A DNA stretch of 64,000 bases. Origin: Babesia bigemina. Taxonomy: Eukaryota. Under the pieces are notes generated by a model. It saw only the letters and a program-made list of their open reading frames with translations. It did not search any database and was not told the origin of the DNA. Below, in pieces: positions 45,201 through 56,217 of this stretch. Made by a program: the position numbers and the translations under genes. How positions within the stretch are numbered: position 1 is the stretch's first letter; each line of letters starts with the position of its first letter. The DNA lies in assembly GCF_000981445.1 (NCBI RefSeq), contig NC_027218.1, positions 2,604,001-2,668,000 on the forward strand. The letters run 5' to 3'.

Positions 45201-47391
45201 CGTCAAGTGTCGACGTCGCCATGGGCTCGTCCTTGAGGTTGTCCCACGCATCATCTGACACGTCGAACTCCTTGAGAGCCCTTACGAATTCCTTGTACTT
45301 GTCGATCTCTTCGTCCGACTTCCGTTTGAAATTCTGGATACCACCGAACGCCTGCAGAACGAACGTTGTGAACAGCATGGCAGTGCGCTCGAATTTCGCC
45401 ACGTCAGGCATAGGTATCCCCAATTCTTTGCACCCTTCTTCGTACAGGTCCGTATAGTCATCATCTGAAAACTCCGGATCACCTGAGATTTGCCTGCCCA
45501 GAACTTCGTCCCCCTCAGCGCACGGCAGGTCGTTCGATGTGGCGAGGTCGCACGCTGCAAAGTATATCACTCGGTATACGGATGCGCCACATATCGGCAA
45601 GCATATTTCTGCAACCCGTCCTAATTGCTTAGCCAGCAGGTTCCATGTCTTTATACCTTTCCCTTCCCTGGCCAACCGCATCGCCCTGCTGAACGCTGTG
45701 AGCGTGCAGTGTATGGTGAACTTTTCCAACCCCTTCACGACATCGTCCTTCGGAACCAGCCCGCTGTACGCTGCGTTGATTACGGCTCGCGGGTCCTCGA
45801 ATGCGTTGTCAACAAGGTTTTTGAGGGCCACGTTGAACAAGTCTCCCTTCACCGTCATGTCCCTCGACAACCCAGCTAGAGTGGCGCCTGCCAGAGCAAC
45901 AGAGCACGCCTTGGGACCAACGATGCCGTGCACCAAATTCTGCGCAGCGATCCCGCCTACCAGTCCGGCGACACCACCAATTGCGCTCGCCAGCAGCCCG
46001 CCGAAAGCGGCGCCGGTAGCACAGCTTATCGCCGGCACCCCGATGAACCTGTAGTAGAAGTTTGGCGGCATGAGGTTCATGCCGGGCCCGTACTCCTCCC
46101 TCATGAGGTCTGGCAGCGAATCTGCCGGCACCGCCTTGTCTTCCGGGTACCATACGTTGTATATATCCAGAAAACTTTGATCATCAACCGGCCACTTGAG
46201 GTCCGGATACGTGTTCACGAAGTGTTTGTATGCCTCTCCCTGTGCCCTTTTGAGGTTTTCTGAGTCCATGTACAAGTCTTGGTCTGTGTGTTCGCGGTCG
46301 GGGTGGAGGTCGATGAACAGGATCGGCGGTTTGTATATGCGGTGTATGATCGTCAATATCCGTCTGGCGTTTTCCGGGTTCCGTTTCGCCAAATCGGCAA
46401 CGTGGTCGTAATACGGCAACCCTAAATAGCCCCTCAGCGCGTTCTCAGTTAGTGGCGTGATCTCCATATTGGGGTCTTTGAGCTCTATGCCAAATGGCCA
46501 CTTGCTCTTTACGTTACCTTCCTTCTTCCCTCGGATATACTGCATCAGTTTTCTCAGCCCCAGAGCCTCCACCAGAGTTTGTATGAACGATTTCGGCTTC
46601 TGCCGCATATTAAACATCTCCCTGAGCATGGCGGATGCAAGTTCATGTTTGATGGTTGGAGGTGGCTCTAATCCCAGCCTTTTGCAAATCTCTATGTCGT
46701 CATCGGTCGTTTCCTTTTCCTCCAGAATCTTGTCTACAAGCTGCATCATGCAGTCCCTTGCGTTGGGTTTGCGTCCCCAGTACCTGAGCAACACGTCACT
46801 GAGCGGGTGCGCCTCATCTTCGTCCTCTTTCGCATCGTCGGGGTACACTCGGTCGAGCATATCCCTAATTCGTTCAAGTTCGTCTGGCGGCAAATCTATG
46901 GGTTTTGGTTTTTCGAGGAAAGGGTTCTCAAAATGATCCTTTGCTTGCAGACGACTATTGGTACGTCCACCCCAGGCACCTGTGCTAGATTTGTCGGTGG
47001 CGGCACGTTTTCGCGCCATGTGTTGTTCCACTCGAGGCTCCACATTCATGTGACCCACAAACGTAGCCTCATGATTGCTGCTTCGCATTTTGCGCCTACC
47101 GGCTGACTGTGCTCTGTGCGATACTCCGGGGCGAATATCTCCGCATGCCACCTCACTGCGATTCCGCCGCAGTGTCCCTGAGGTCTGATAAGTGCCCGAA
47201 GTATTACATGTTGTGTTCACCAGGCAACCGAGACTCCGTTGAAGTCGCGGCGCAGCCTTGTTTATCGAGCTCAGCGCACCATCAGTCACATGTCGATGCT
47301 TCACATGCGTTTTGTGAAGAGCTTCCGCCGGAAACAGTGCTGCGATACAGACCGAGCACAGTATCACACATACTGTGATGTGCCCAGTCAT
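42212..47391 (-). CDS. Large probably apicoplast-targeted membrane protein, Tic110-like architecture, 1688 aa (exons 47391-43901, 43865-43797, 43754-43442, 43405-42212)
   Basis: Three GT-AG introns (35, 42, 36 nt) join the ORFs in frame. Signal peptide plus long basic, acid-poor leader, a Gly/Ala-rich hydrophobic hairpin at ~aa 450-510, then a long predicted alpha-helical region. Gene model confident; family assignment tentative. Confidence 0.8.
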
Positions 47392-47840
47392 GCTCTCGGC
47401 TCATCCCGTGGCCGATGGAACTGTGTACCTACGGCGTCGGCAGCAACTGCGATGACGAAACTTGCGATTCCGCGGCCATCTTCTCGTGATTCCTCGACAA
47501 TTGGACGTCTACTAAGATATAGTATCACTTATCCGCTCCCAGAGCGCTTTACGAACGACCTTTCGGCGCCGAAGAAGTTCGGTTTAGCTGCAAGTTACGT
47601 CTACGAGAAGCTACGTTTCGCGGATTCCTTTGACAATCCTTACTAATATCCTCTTCTTTCGACCTCTCTATATACGTTTTGATGATTTACGCGCTATGAG
47701 GTTGTCGTGCTCAGCAATAAACGCCCGGCATCATGCTGCCTTCCGCAGTGTCGCGTACTTGGAATCTTCGTCACACATTCGGCGCCATACGAGCTCAAGA
47801 CTGGTACAATGCCCAAGGCAACCATATAATTACTGCCACC

Positions 47841-48298
47841 ATGTCAGCTGGTACTTCGCAGGGCACTCTGGACGTTGACGACCGCATTGCTCAGACAGGG
47901 TGCGAAGCGCAGTACCGGCGCCTGGAGGACTGCCTGGACCGGCACGACAGGTATGCTCAGGTGACATATAGCACAGCACGTTTCAATATACATGGATGTG
48001 TGTTATCAACAATCGTCAAATGTGTCCTATTTTTGCACATTTGTGACTTCATCGCTTCGTCGTAACTACGTGTTTTACTGGGACCGTGATGAAGCTTCTT
48101 CTCCTTTCTCATGGCTGTCGCAGAGTGTGGAAGCAATGCCAGTCTGATCTCCACGAGTTCGGGCGTTGCATGAAGTCTAACAATACCGGCACGGGTGATG
48201 CGCCTGTTCAGCCTGCAGTGAAACGCTTCTCGATCAGGCATTTGTGGCCGTGCAACCCCAGCCCTGACTCCGGAACTGGTGGCGTGAACACAAAGTAG
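47841..48298 (+). CDS. COA4: Twin CX9C protein, COA4/CHCHD8-like (exons 47841-47950, 48124-48298)
   Basis: DVDDRIAQTGCEAQYRRLEDCLDRHDR|VWKQCQSDLHEFGRCM, giving two exact CX9C motifs. Confidence 0.75.
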
Positions 48299-48314
48299 CT
48301 ACGGCGTTGCGGCT

Positions 48315-48755
48315 TCACTCCATCTTGACTATCATCAGGTAGTTGTCGTCGAGCTCTGGCTGCTCCTTGAGCTGCTTCAGCGTGTCTTCGGAGGGCTGCT
48401 CGGCAAACTTCTTGTTCAGCGCGATGATTTCCAGCGTCGCCGGCGACATGAAGTCAAACATCGTCTTTGCAGACTCCACACTTAATAGAAACTCGTCCTT
48501 CTGCACCTTGTTCTGTTTGGTGAAGTCGATGAACGACAGATCCTTGAGCGCCTCCATTTTGTCTTTCGCGAACGCCAGGTAGTAGCGGCCGGTTTCTCCC
48601 GGCACTGGCTTGAGTACGTATCCGCTGTCCGCGATGGCCGCGCCGGCAGAAGTCGCGACGTGCCTAACGCCGCCGGTCGCGCCGAGCGCCTGCCTGGCAA
48701 CTCCGGCCCTCACCGCCCTGGCCTGGCCTACGAGCGGGGCTATCAACTTATCCAT
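48315..48755 (-). CDS. GCSH: Glycine cleavage system H protein-like lipoyl carrier, mitochondrial
   Basis: Arg/Ala-rich presequence; LKDLSFIDF, SVESAKTMFDFMSP (lipoyl-Lys motif VES.K) and PELDDNYLMIVK resemble H-protein. Confidence 0.7.
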   Translation of the reverse strand: MDKLIAPLVGQARAVRAGVARQALGATGGVRHVATSAGAAIADSGYVLKPVPGETGRYYLAFAKDKMEALKDLSFIDFTKQNKVQKDEFLLSVESAKTMFDFMSPATLEIIALNKKFAEQPSEDTLKQLKEQPELDDNYLMIVKME

Positions 48756-48819
48756 TGTACGAATTGGCAATATAATAATGGGCTACATCTAATCGAAAGA
48801 TTAATGTGGTTTGTGCTGC

Positions 48820-49319
48820 TTATACGGTGGCGGGTCCGGTCTTCTTCTTGGCCGGGGGCTGGGTGCCAGAGCGGAAGCCGTTCTTGAACCTCCTCGGCAT
48901 GGTCTTAAGGTGGCGGCACCTGCGAGTGAATGTGCAAGGGTTCGGTCGGGCTCGGCACATCGCGCCATGTTGAGCTGAGACTCACCTGCCTGTGCCCGTG
49001 GTTCGCCTGCGGACGGCCTTGAACGACCAGTTGTAGCGCCTCGTTTTCTTGTCAGGGTAGCCTGAACGGGTGTTAGTGTGTGTTTGGTGACGCGTCGTCT
49101 GGCTACGGGGGAGTCCGCTCATCCCGAACTTTGTACCCCGCCACCGCGGTTCCGCGGAGTTTCGGGCGGCACACCGGCTCCTTTCTTTTATCACTTACCG
49201 CACGAGCCGCATCTCTTCTTCTGGTTGTGGAAGGCGCGATTGCCGCAGCGGCGGCACAGTATGTGGGTCTTGCCGTTGCGGAGACCGAACGACCCCGTAC
49301 CCTTGCCACATTTACCCAT
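48820..49319 (-). CDS. RPL37: 60S ribosomal protein L37 (3 exons)
   Basis: [78 protein letters not shown]. Confidence 0.95.
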
Positions 49320-49677
49320 TTTGCACCGCTTTGCGTTTATATAATGCTAAAGTAGCGATTTTGTAATTTGTTTCACGCGGCGGTGGAGTTTCCGGCGGTG
49401 GCGCGCAGTCCACCCCATGGCGAGTGTCGTTTCTAGGTCAGGCAGAACCGCCCAGTTACCGGGGCCGCCGCGCAAACTTAGACAAGTGTGTTTTGTCGGA
49501 GCCTTATCACGTGTAATGGTGCCACACCGGTTGCGAATTATTACACCTCACCTTGGCCGCAGTCGGCCCGGCGCCGACGCCACCTGCCGGCGTCGCCTCT
49601 GCACAGATGGCCGTGGCCGTCTTTCGCATATACGACCCGCATAGGGGTTACACTTAATGCTTAGGTTCATTCAGCGG

Positions 49678-51613
49678 CTACACTGAGATGGGAAGCGAGA
49701 CTATGAGCGAACTCTTTTCGCACTTCTGCTTCTTGCCGCGTGACTTAAGGAGGCTCGCGGTGAAGCTGAGCAGGCTCTGAAGGTTGTGGTTTTCCTCTGA
49801 GCAGGGTTCCACGAGTTCCTGTAGCCTCGTGACCCACTCCGGCTTGAGTTTGTCCGCTTTCTGCATATGGAACAGCTTGGCATCCAGCAGGATGTTCATG
49901 AATGCGATGATGCGCTTGTAGCAGTGGATTTGATGGTCGCCGAACATGTCGATGTTGTCGAGCATGTAGAACAGCTTTTCAACGATTTCCGCGCACTTTT
50001 CCTCGGAGACCTGCTTTCGTATGGCCGCTATCATCTCGTTCTGGTCGCCCTTGGTGTGCTGTATGAGCACCTTCAGCAGCTCCGTGTTCTCGACGATGAT
50101 CTTCACAGCCTCCTTTTCCTGGGGGCATTAGTGCGTGCGTTGTTATAAACATACGGGTATGTATATGGACCTCAGGCACTCGATTGCGCACGACTCCAGC
50201 TTGTTCTTCATGATGTGGTCGACGAGTTGGGTGTTGATGGCGACCTTCCCCGTGCGAATGAGCATCGATAGTTCCTCTGCGGCAAGGTTAAAGTGGTTAT
50301 ATGAAATAACTACGCGTGTACAACGCACAACACGAGTGCCGACGTGAGAGCATCCAAAACAGCACAAACGTCCACGCGACGACAGCGTTGCAACCAAGCT
50401 TGCGTCACACCGCAGTCACGTAACTCCCACACTCAGCCGTACGTATTTTGGCACGTCCATCGCCACCTCGCCGCGCCAAAGCACAACGTGGAGCAACATA
50501 GTTACCCAGATAATGCCGTCATAAATCCCACGATGACACGGCAACATACCTTCTGGCCTATGCACCTCCAACTTGTTGTTAAAGAGTACGGGCACTCGCG
50601 ACGATATTGGCGGCTTGAAATGGACCAGCACCAGGCCAGATTCGCCGGCCCGCAGAAGCACTGCCACGCGCTTGCCAACTCCGTCGACCTGAGCATGCTT
50701 GCAGGTCGTGCAACCAGACACCACCTACCGTCAGGATCTCGCTGCAGTCCGATTGCAGCGGGATCTTCTTTTCCACACGCTCGCCCTTCACTACGTTGTG
50801 GTACACGACTTTCATGGAGTGGTCGGCGGCTTCAACCTCCATGACGCGTTCCTGCCCCAGGAGCCTCAGCGTGGTGGTGGAACCCAGTGCGATGTTGAGG
50901 TGCCTGACCAGCACCATGGCGCAATACAGCCGGTAGTACTTCAGCACGCTCCATTTGCCGTCGCAGCCTATCAGGAAGTGCTTGTCCGACCCGATGGCGC
51001 GCGTCATTTTGCCTGTTTTGGCCTGGCGGAAGAGGTCGTTCCTGAGTAGGGTCAGGTGCCCATTCCGAACCGCGACGAGCGCGATTTTGACGTCCTTGCC
51101 CTCGTTGACGTAGGTCAGACAGAAGACGCCCTCGTCGACGAAATCCGCGAAGAGGATCTCGCAGTCGCACTTGCCGACGTAGACCTCGAGCGACAGCGTG
51201 CGCTCGCCGATCTGCAGCTGTAGCATTTTGCGCGTACGGCAAATGAGCACGTGCAGCAACTCCTGTTCGCCCATCATGTGGACATGTAGCAGGCGCTTGG
51301 ACATCTTCAGCTCCTTCACGGCCCCCGCCTGGTCAACCAGGTAGAGCCGGTTCCTGGCCGCCAGGGCGAGCGCCTTGTCGTACGTGGATGCCATGCGGCA
51401 CCTGTACTGGAATTCGAATTCTCGAACGCATTTTAGTTGCTCCTGCGGCCAATGTGGTTGTATGTGCGCGCAGCTTACGTTGAACGCGAGCTGGATTTTG
51501 TCGTTGGAGAAGAAGTACTCGCCGCCGCTCCGTGCGATGAACTGCGCGCCCTCCGGCAGCGCGTCCGACTTCATAGCGTACTCTACGCCATGATGCTGCG
51601 ATCCTGGCGCCAT
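49678..51613 (-). CDS. Multi-exon protein, NOL11/Utp8-like
   Basis: Beta-strand-rich N-terminal half; helical C-terminus with [35 protein letters not shown] and terminal [10 protein letters not shown], recalling the NOL11 C-terminal pattern. Confidence 0.5.
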
Positions 51614-51710
51614 GGTTGAGACTGGCGCGCTCGACGGCCGCGGCCGCGCGCCCCCATGGAATCCCGCCGTCGCGCGCCGTTCCGCTCGCCCACTCGCGAC
51701 CTTGTACACG

Positions 51711-52003
51711 ATGATCGTCCCGATTCGCTGCTTCACCTGCGGCAAGGTGATAGGGCACCTCTGGGAGCGCTGGCTGGAGATGCTCAAGCAGAACGTGAGC
51801 GAGGGGTGGGTGTAAGAAGGCTCCGTGCCAAAGTTTCGCAGCGACGCCTTGGACCGCCTGGACCTGACGCGCTACTGCTGCCGCCGCATGATTCTGACGC
51901 ACGTGGACCTCATTGAGAAGCTGCTCGTCTACAACAGTGGGTTTGGGTGTGTTGGCGCTGACGCCGTTCAGTCTACGACAAGCGGAACCAGGAGCACATC
52001 TGA
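51711..52003 (+). CDS. RPB10: RNA polymerase I/II/III subunit RPABC5 (3 exons)
   Basis: [58 protein letters not shown]. Confidence 0.95.
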
Positions 52004-52178
52004 CTGCCGTTTGCTAATCGCATACAACATTTACATGTGGGAACAGTCTAGCCCGGTCCATACGGGCTTTTAGGCGGCGCAGCCTGATGGCGGCGGCGCA
52101 CTTTCCCTCCCCGCCGCCGCAGCTGCGAAGCACCGGACACTAATCGCTTGAATATTATACACGTGTTTGCTAGGGGTC

Positions 52179-54803
52179 TCAGACCTCCCCGTAGTATGAC
52201 TTGAAGTATTCGTCGTACAGGCGGTTCGCGGTGCTCGCGACCTGGGTGGATTCGGTGGGCATGACGTTGGCGTAGATGGCCGGGAGGTTTTTGGGGGTGA
52301 TGGCGACCACGGCCTGCGCGGCGTCCGAGGCGTGGTGGAGCCTGACTTCCGGGATGTCGTCGAGGTCCAGGTCCTTGATGAGGACGTCGACCTCGTTCTG
52401 GCCGTTGGTGAACACGACGGCGTCGAGCCTGATGCCGCCAGCCAGCATCCACGGCACGTAGTACGAGATGGTGTCGTTGTTCTCGGCGATCTCGACCACG
52501 TCGTCCCTGGTTCCCTTGAAGCTGATATCGATTTCGAGCGGCCTCTTGGGGACCTCGGTGAGGCTGCGCGCCTCGAGGTTCGCCGTCAGCAGCTTCGCCT
52601 TCCGACCGGCCGTGCCGATGTCGCCGACATACATGAGAATTTCGGTAATCTTGCCGTTCACCACCTCGGCGGTGGTGTTCAGCACCCTGCAGAGGTTGGA
52701 CCCGCCGTCCGGAATGAGGAGCCTTCCGTCGTACCTGACGTCTCCGATCCTGTGGTTGACGGCGAACTCGGGCTTGATGCGGTAGTAGCTGTTGTTGCCG
52801 TCCTGGACCTTGACGACCTGATCGGCAGCCTTCGCCTCGGGGGCCAAGTCAATCGTGACCGGCTTGCTCCTCATGCGCACGAAGGTTATCTCTCCGTCGA
52901 CCACCCTGCTGCGGAAGGCCTCCACGACGCTGTCGCCCTCCTCGGTGAACGACCTCACCACGATGTAGGACATGAAGTACTCCTCGGCGACGTAGACCTC
53001 CCTCATCTTGAAGTACCTGTTGTACGGCACGAGCGTGGTGTCGCCGAAGGTGACCGCGCCCATGGTGATGTTGAACAGGTCCTTGCACACGTAGATCTTG
53101 ACGAACTTGCCGAGGGTGTCCCTGCAGAAAACTTCCGGCAACGCGTCGTTGAACACGTCGGTTATCTTCAGCACGTGCGGCTGCTTGTGCCTCTCGACGA
53201 ACAGCATGGTGTCATCCCCGAGGAAACCCTGGCGGAGCACGTACTTGGTGTGGAACCTGACGCTTTCGTTCATCTGCTCGGTGACGAGCAGCTCGTTGAA
53301 GTCGTACAGGAACTCCGTCGAGATCGCGTTGCTCTGGTTCGGAGCGACAATGGTGTTTTTGTACTTGATGGACCCGATCTTCATGTTGGGCAGGGCGGCC
53401 GCGACATGGAACTTGCCCTTCTCCAAACGCGTGACCCTGAAGTTGGGGTCGTTCGCGTTCAGCTGGGTGAGCTCGAACTGCACAGGCTTGGGCCTGTGGA
53501 GCCATACGCCGTCCTTGTTGGTGACGTAGGTGACATTGGTGGGCTGGTCCTTGTTGGTCTGGGTCTCCACAGTGGTGTACTCGTCAACGACGGTGATCCT
53601 TCTTGAGAGCACGACATACGGCACTTTGTCGGGGTCCTCCAAAAAGCTCTTGCCAACGAGCGTCTTGTTCATGTAAGTGACCGCGCCGATGGTGTAAAGG
53701 AGGTTGTTGGGCGCGGGGATCGTGTACACCTTGCCGTTCCTGTCACTGGTGACCTGGATGCGCTCATCGATGTTGGTGTTTGTCAGCTCCAAGTTGATGA
53801 CTTCCGGCTTGTACGGGGTGTAGTTGCGGCCGTCGGACGAGCGGTAGAGCTCCGCCTCGAAGAGACCGTTCAGCAGCCTGGCGTACACGGTGAGGTAGTG
53901 AGTGCCCTCCACGACTTGCATTTTCAGCTGCACACAGCGGGCGTGGTTGCCCATGTACACCACGCCCTTCTGGTCCAGGATGTCCACCACCCTGTAATCG
54001 GGGTCACTGCAACCGTCGAAGAAGACGCAGTTCTCGCCGCAGGTCGACAGGATCTGGCAGTACTCCGTCCTGTAGTCCTTAGACAGGTCGATGTACAGGG
54101 AGCCGTGGTCCAGGGTGCGGTACATGCAGTCCTTCCAGGCGACGGGCAGGAAGGACGTCTTGAAACTGTTTCCCACGTTCGGCGTGGTAAACACGTGCCA
54201 GATGTTGTTGCTGAATTCCGCGTACCGGAAGAAAACCTCGTCATCCTGCTCCAGAAGCACCTTGTCGCCGCATACGATGGATCCCATGCGCCTTCCGGGT
54301 TTGGGCAGGAGGCGCGCCATGGTGTTGTCCGCGCGCATCGGCTCTTGCACGAACGACTCGAAGCTTTTACCGCATATGTCCAAATCATCGAATCCCCCCG
54401 AGTACTCCTCGTATTCGCCGGTAGTGGTCTTCACAAGCTTCTGCCTGTTGGGAATGCCGAGGAAGATGGTCTCGACTTCCACAATGTAGATGTAGCCGTC
54501 CTTTTCGACGGCCGGCTTCAGGTCGGTGTTTACATATTCATTTTCCAACAAACGCTGCACGCTAACCCTTCTGTTGGTGACGCCGGTCTCCGGTATTTTC
54601 GAGATCTCCTGGCCGCTGTTGGACACGGTGCCGATGCACTTGCCACTCTTGGTGACGATGGTGAACCTGGAGCCCGACTCATTTCTGACGTAGTAGGTGC
54701 TCTCCGGGATGGAAATGTCCACAGGAACAAACTCCAGGCACTTCTGAGCTGCCGCTGACGCTGCAAACGCCGCAAGGGCCGCGATGCAACCTAGAACGTT
54801 CAT
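52179..54803 (-). CDS. Secreted protein with tandem FAINT (DUF529)-like repeats, 874 aa
   Basis: Signal peptide MNVLGCIAALAAFAASAAA. ~100-aa repeats starting P(V/L).(I/L)D(I/L) and containing (I/M)G.V.YxxxxL(V/I), e.g. YTIGAVTYMNKTLV, MKIGSIKYKNTIV, HRIGDVRYDGRLLI. No TM. Confidence 0.65.
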   Translation of the reverse strand: MNVLGCIAALAAFAASAAAQKCLEFVPVDISIPESTYYVRNESGSRFTIVTKSGKCIGTVSNSGQEISKIPETGVTNRRVSVQRLLENEYVNTDLKPAVEKDGYIYIVEVETIFLGIPNRQKLVKTTTGEYEEYSGGFDDLDICGKSFESFVQEPMRADNTMARLLPKPGRRMGSIVCGDKVLLEQDDEVFFRYAEFSNNIWHVFTTPNVGNSFKTSFLPVAWKDCMYRTLDHGSLYIDLSKDYRTEYCQILSTCGENCVFFDGCSDPDYRVVDILDQKGVVYMGNHARCVQLKMQVVEGTHYLTVYARLLNGLFEAELYRSSDGRNYTPYKPEVINLELTNTNIDERIQVTSDRNGKVYTIPAPNNLLYTIGAVTYMNKTLVGKSFLEDPDKVPYVVLSRRITVVDEYTTVETQTNKDQPTNVTYVTNKDGVWLHRPKPVQFELTQLNANDPNFRVTRLEKGKFHVAAALPNMKIGSIKYKNTIVAPNQSNAISTEFLYDFNELLVTEQMNESVRFHTKYVLRQGFLGDDTMLFVERHKQPHVLKITDVFNDALPEVFCRDTLGKFVKIYVCKDLFNITMGAVTFGDTTLVPYNRYFKMREVYVAEEYFMSYIVVRSFTEEGDSVVEAFRSRVVDGEITFVRMRSKPVTIDLAPEAKAADQVVKVQDGNNSYYRIKPEFAVNHRIGDVRYDGRLLIPDGGSNLCRVLNTTAEVVNGKITEILMYVGDIGTAGRKAKLLTANLEARSLTEVPKRPLEIDISFKGTRDDVVEIAENNDTISYYVPWMLAGGIRLDAVVFTNGQNEVDVLIKDLDLDDIPEVRLHHASDAAQAVVAITPKNLPAIYANVMPTESTQVASTANRLYDEYFKSYYGEV

Positions 54804-54830
54804 CTTCGTCCACAGTACCTTTCAACGAGC

Positions 54831-56090
54831 TCAGTGCTTGCTCATGATGTCACGTTTTGCGTGTAATGCGCGCTGCTCCCTCCGTCGCCTTCCGCGCCCG
54901 GATTCGCGCTCTCCGGCTGGCGCTCGCTGCGTGCTTGACCGAATGCGGTGTGGTAGAGGTCGGAGTCGCGGAGTATCGCCCGCCAGACTTCGGTAGCACG
55001 GCTGCACAAATTGCACGGTATAATTGCGAAAATACCTGTCCGACTGTTGGATATGCTGCAGGCATGTGAGGACGCGGCTCCGCAGCAGGGCGTCAACGTC
55101 CACGCCCGCCATGTGCATACCCCAGGCGGCCCGAAACAAGGCTTCTCCCTGCAAGTGTGTTTCAGAACTCTCGGAGTGTGATTCGTACCGAGCAGTCCTG
55201 GCTCATACCGGCCTCGATGCGCCGGAACAGGGCGGCGTCGGTGTGTCCATGTCGCGCGAACGCGAGTGCCGCGGTGCCGCGTCCTGCTCTACATTGGAAA
55301 CGTGCAGTGGTCTGCGCACCTATATCGTCCAGAGTGTGGTCCGTGTCGCAGAATTTCGGCTGCATGTAGGCTGCGAGGTCCCTATCGGCGAGGCCAGCGC
55401 GGCTGAGGTGCCAGAGCGTCGCTACCACGTCTGCTGCTGCGGGGACGTGTCCGGAGCGCCTTTCGGCACACCTACCTGACATTTGCCACAGAACGTTGGG
55501 GACGTGGTCGGCCATAGCGCGAAAGAGCTGCTGCTGGGTGTTGTGTTTGATCCTCCTCGACAGGATGTGCAGGGCATCCACTAGTCCCTTCTTGTCAAGC
55601 TCCTGCGTGCGGTGCCTGAGTAGCGGCGCCGCAACGACGTACACGCCTGCGTCTTATGCATGGCAGCGAATGGCGTCTTACCCGTGTCCTTGTTTGATTC
55701 GTGGAAGGCCCTGAGCACGTGCACGGTGTCTACTGCGCTCATGATCGGCATTGACGCCTTGAAGCGCTTGCTGAACACCGTCCAGAACGCTTTGGACTTC
55801 TGTTGGGTCTGGCTCGCCGCGCCGGTCCGTTTCTCTTCCCATTCGAGCAGCGGCACCTTACTGGTGTTTGATGCTCCTTCGAGTCGCAGCACCTCGTCAG
55901 CCGTTTTCCGAAGCGTTTTGGCGTCGGCCATGCAGAGCACCTTTCCGAAGTCGTGCTTGATGGGCTTGAGCCTGAACCTGATGTGCCGTGCTGGCCCGTC
56001 CTGAGTGACCACAGAAAGTTCCTTGCAGCTGGCGTGGCCGGGGCCGCGCAGTACCCCGGTCAGCCTGAGCATTGCCTGCCGGATTTGCAT
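54831..56090 (-). CDS. Mitochondrial helical-repeat (HPR/OPR-like) protein, multi-exon
   Basis: Presequence-like start; repeated units MSAVDTVHVLRAF..DTG.Y, MSAADVVATLWHLSRAGLADRDL, AALAFARHGHTDAALFRRIE. Confidence 0.55.
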
Positions 56091-56217
56091 TTTGCAATAA
56101 CGAGTGATTTATTCGGCGTAATAGACTTTGTTACGCTCGAATCGCAGGTTGTCTGCGTATATATCCTCATGCGATGGTAGAGGTGGCGTTACACCACGGG
56201 TTAGCGTAGGAAGCAAA

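Noticed and set aside
51614..51787. N-terminal extension of ORF 50579-51787 overlapping RPB10
   Set aside because: Non-ATG start, antisense to RPB10 exon 1; the ATG at 51613 (or 51574) is more plausible.
52332..54758. Long plus-strand ORFs (424 aa, 286 aa)
   Set aside because: Antisense shadows of the GC3-rich 52179-54803 gene with no protein-like motifs.
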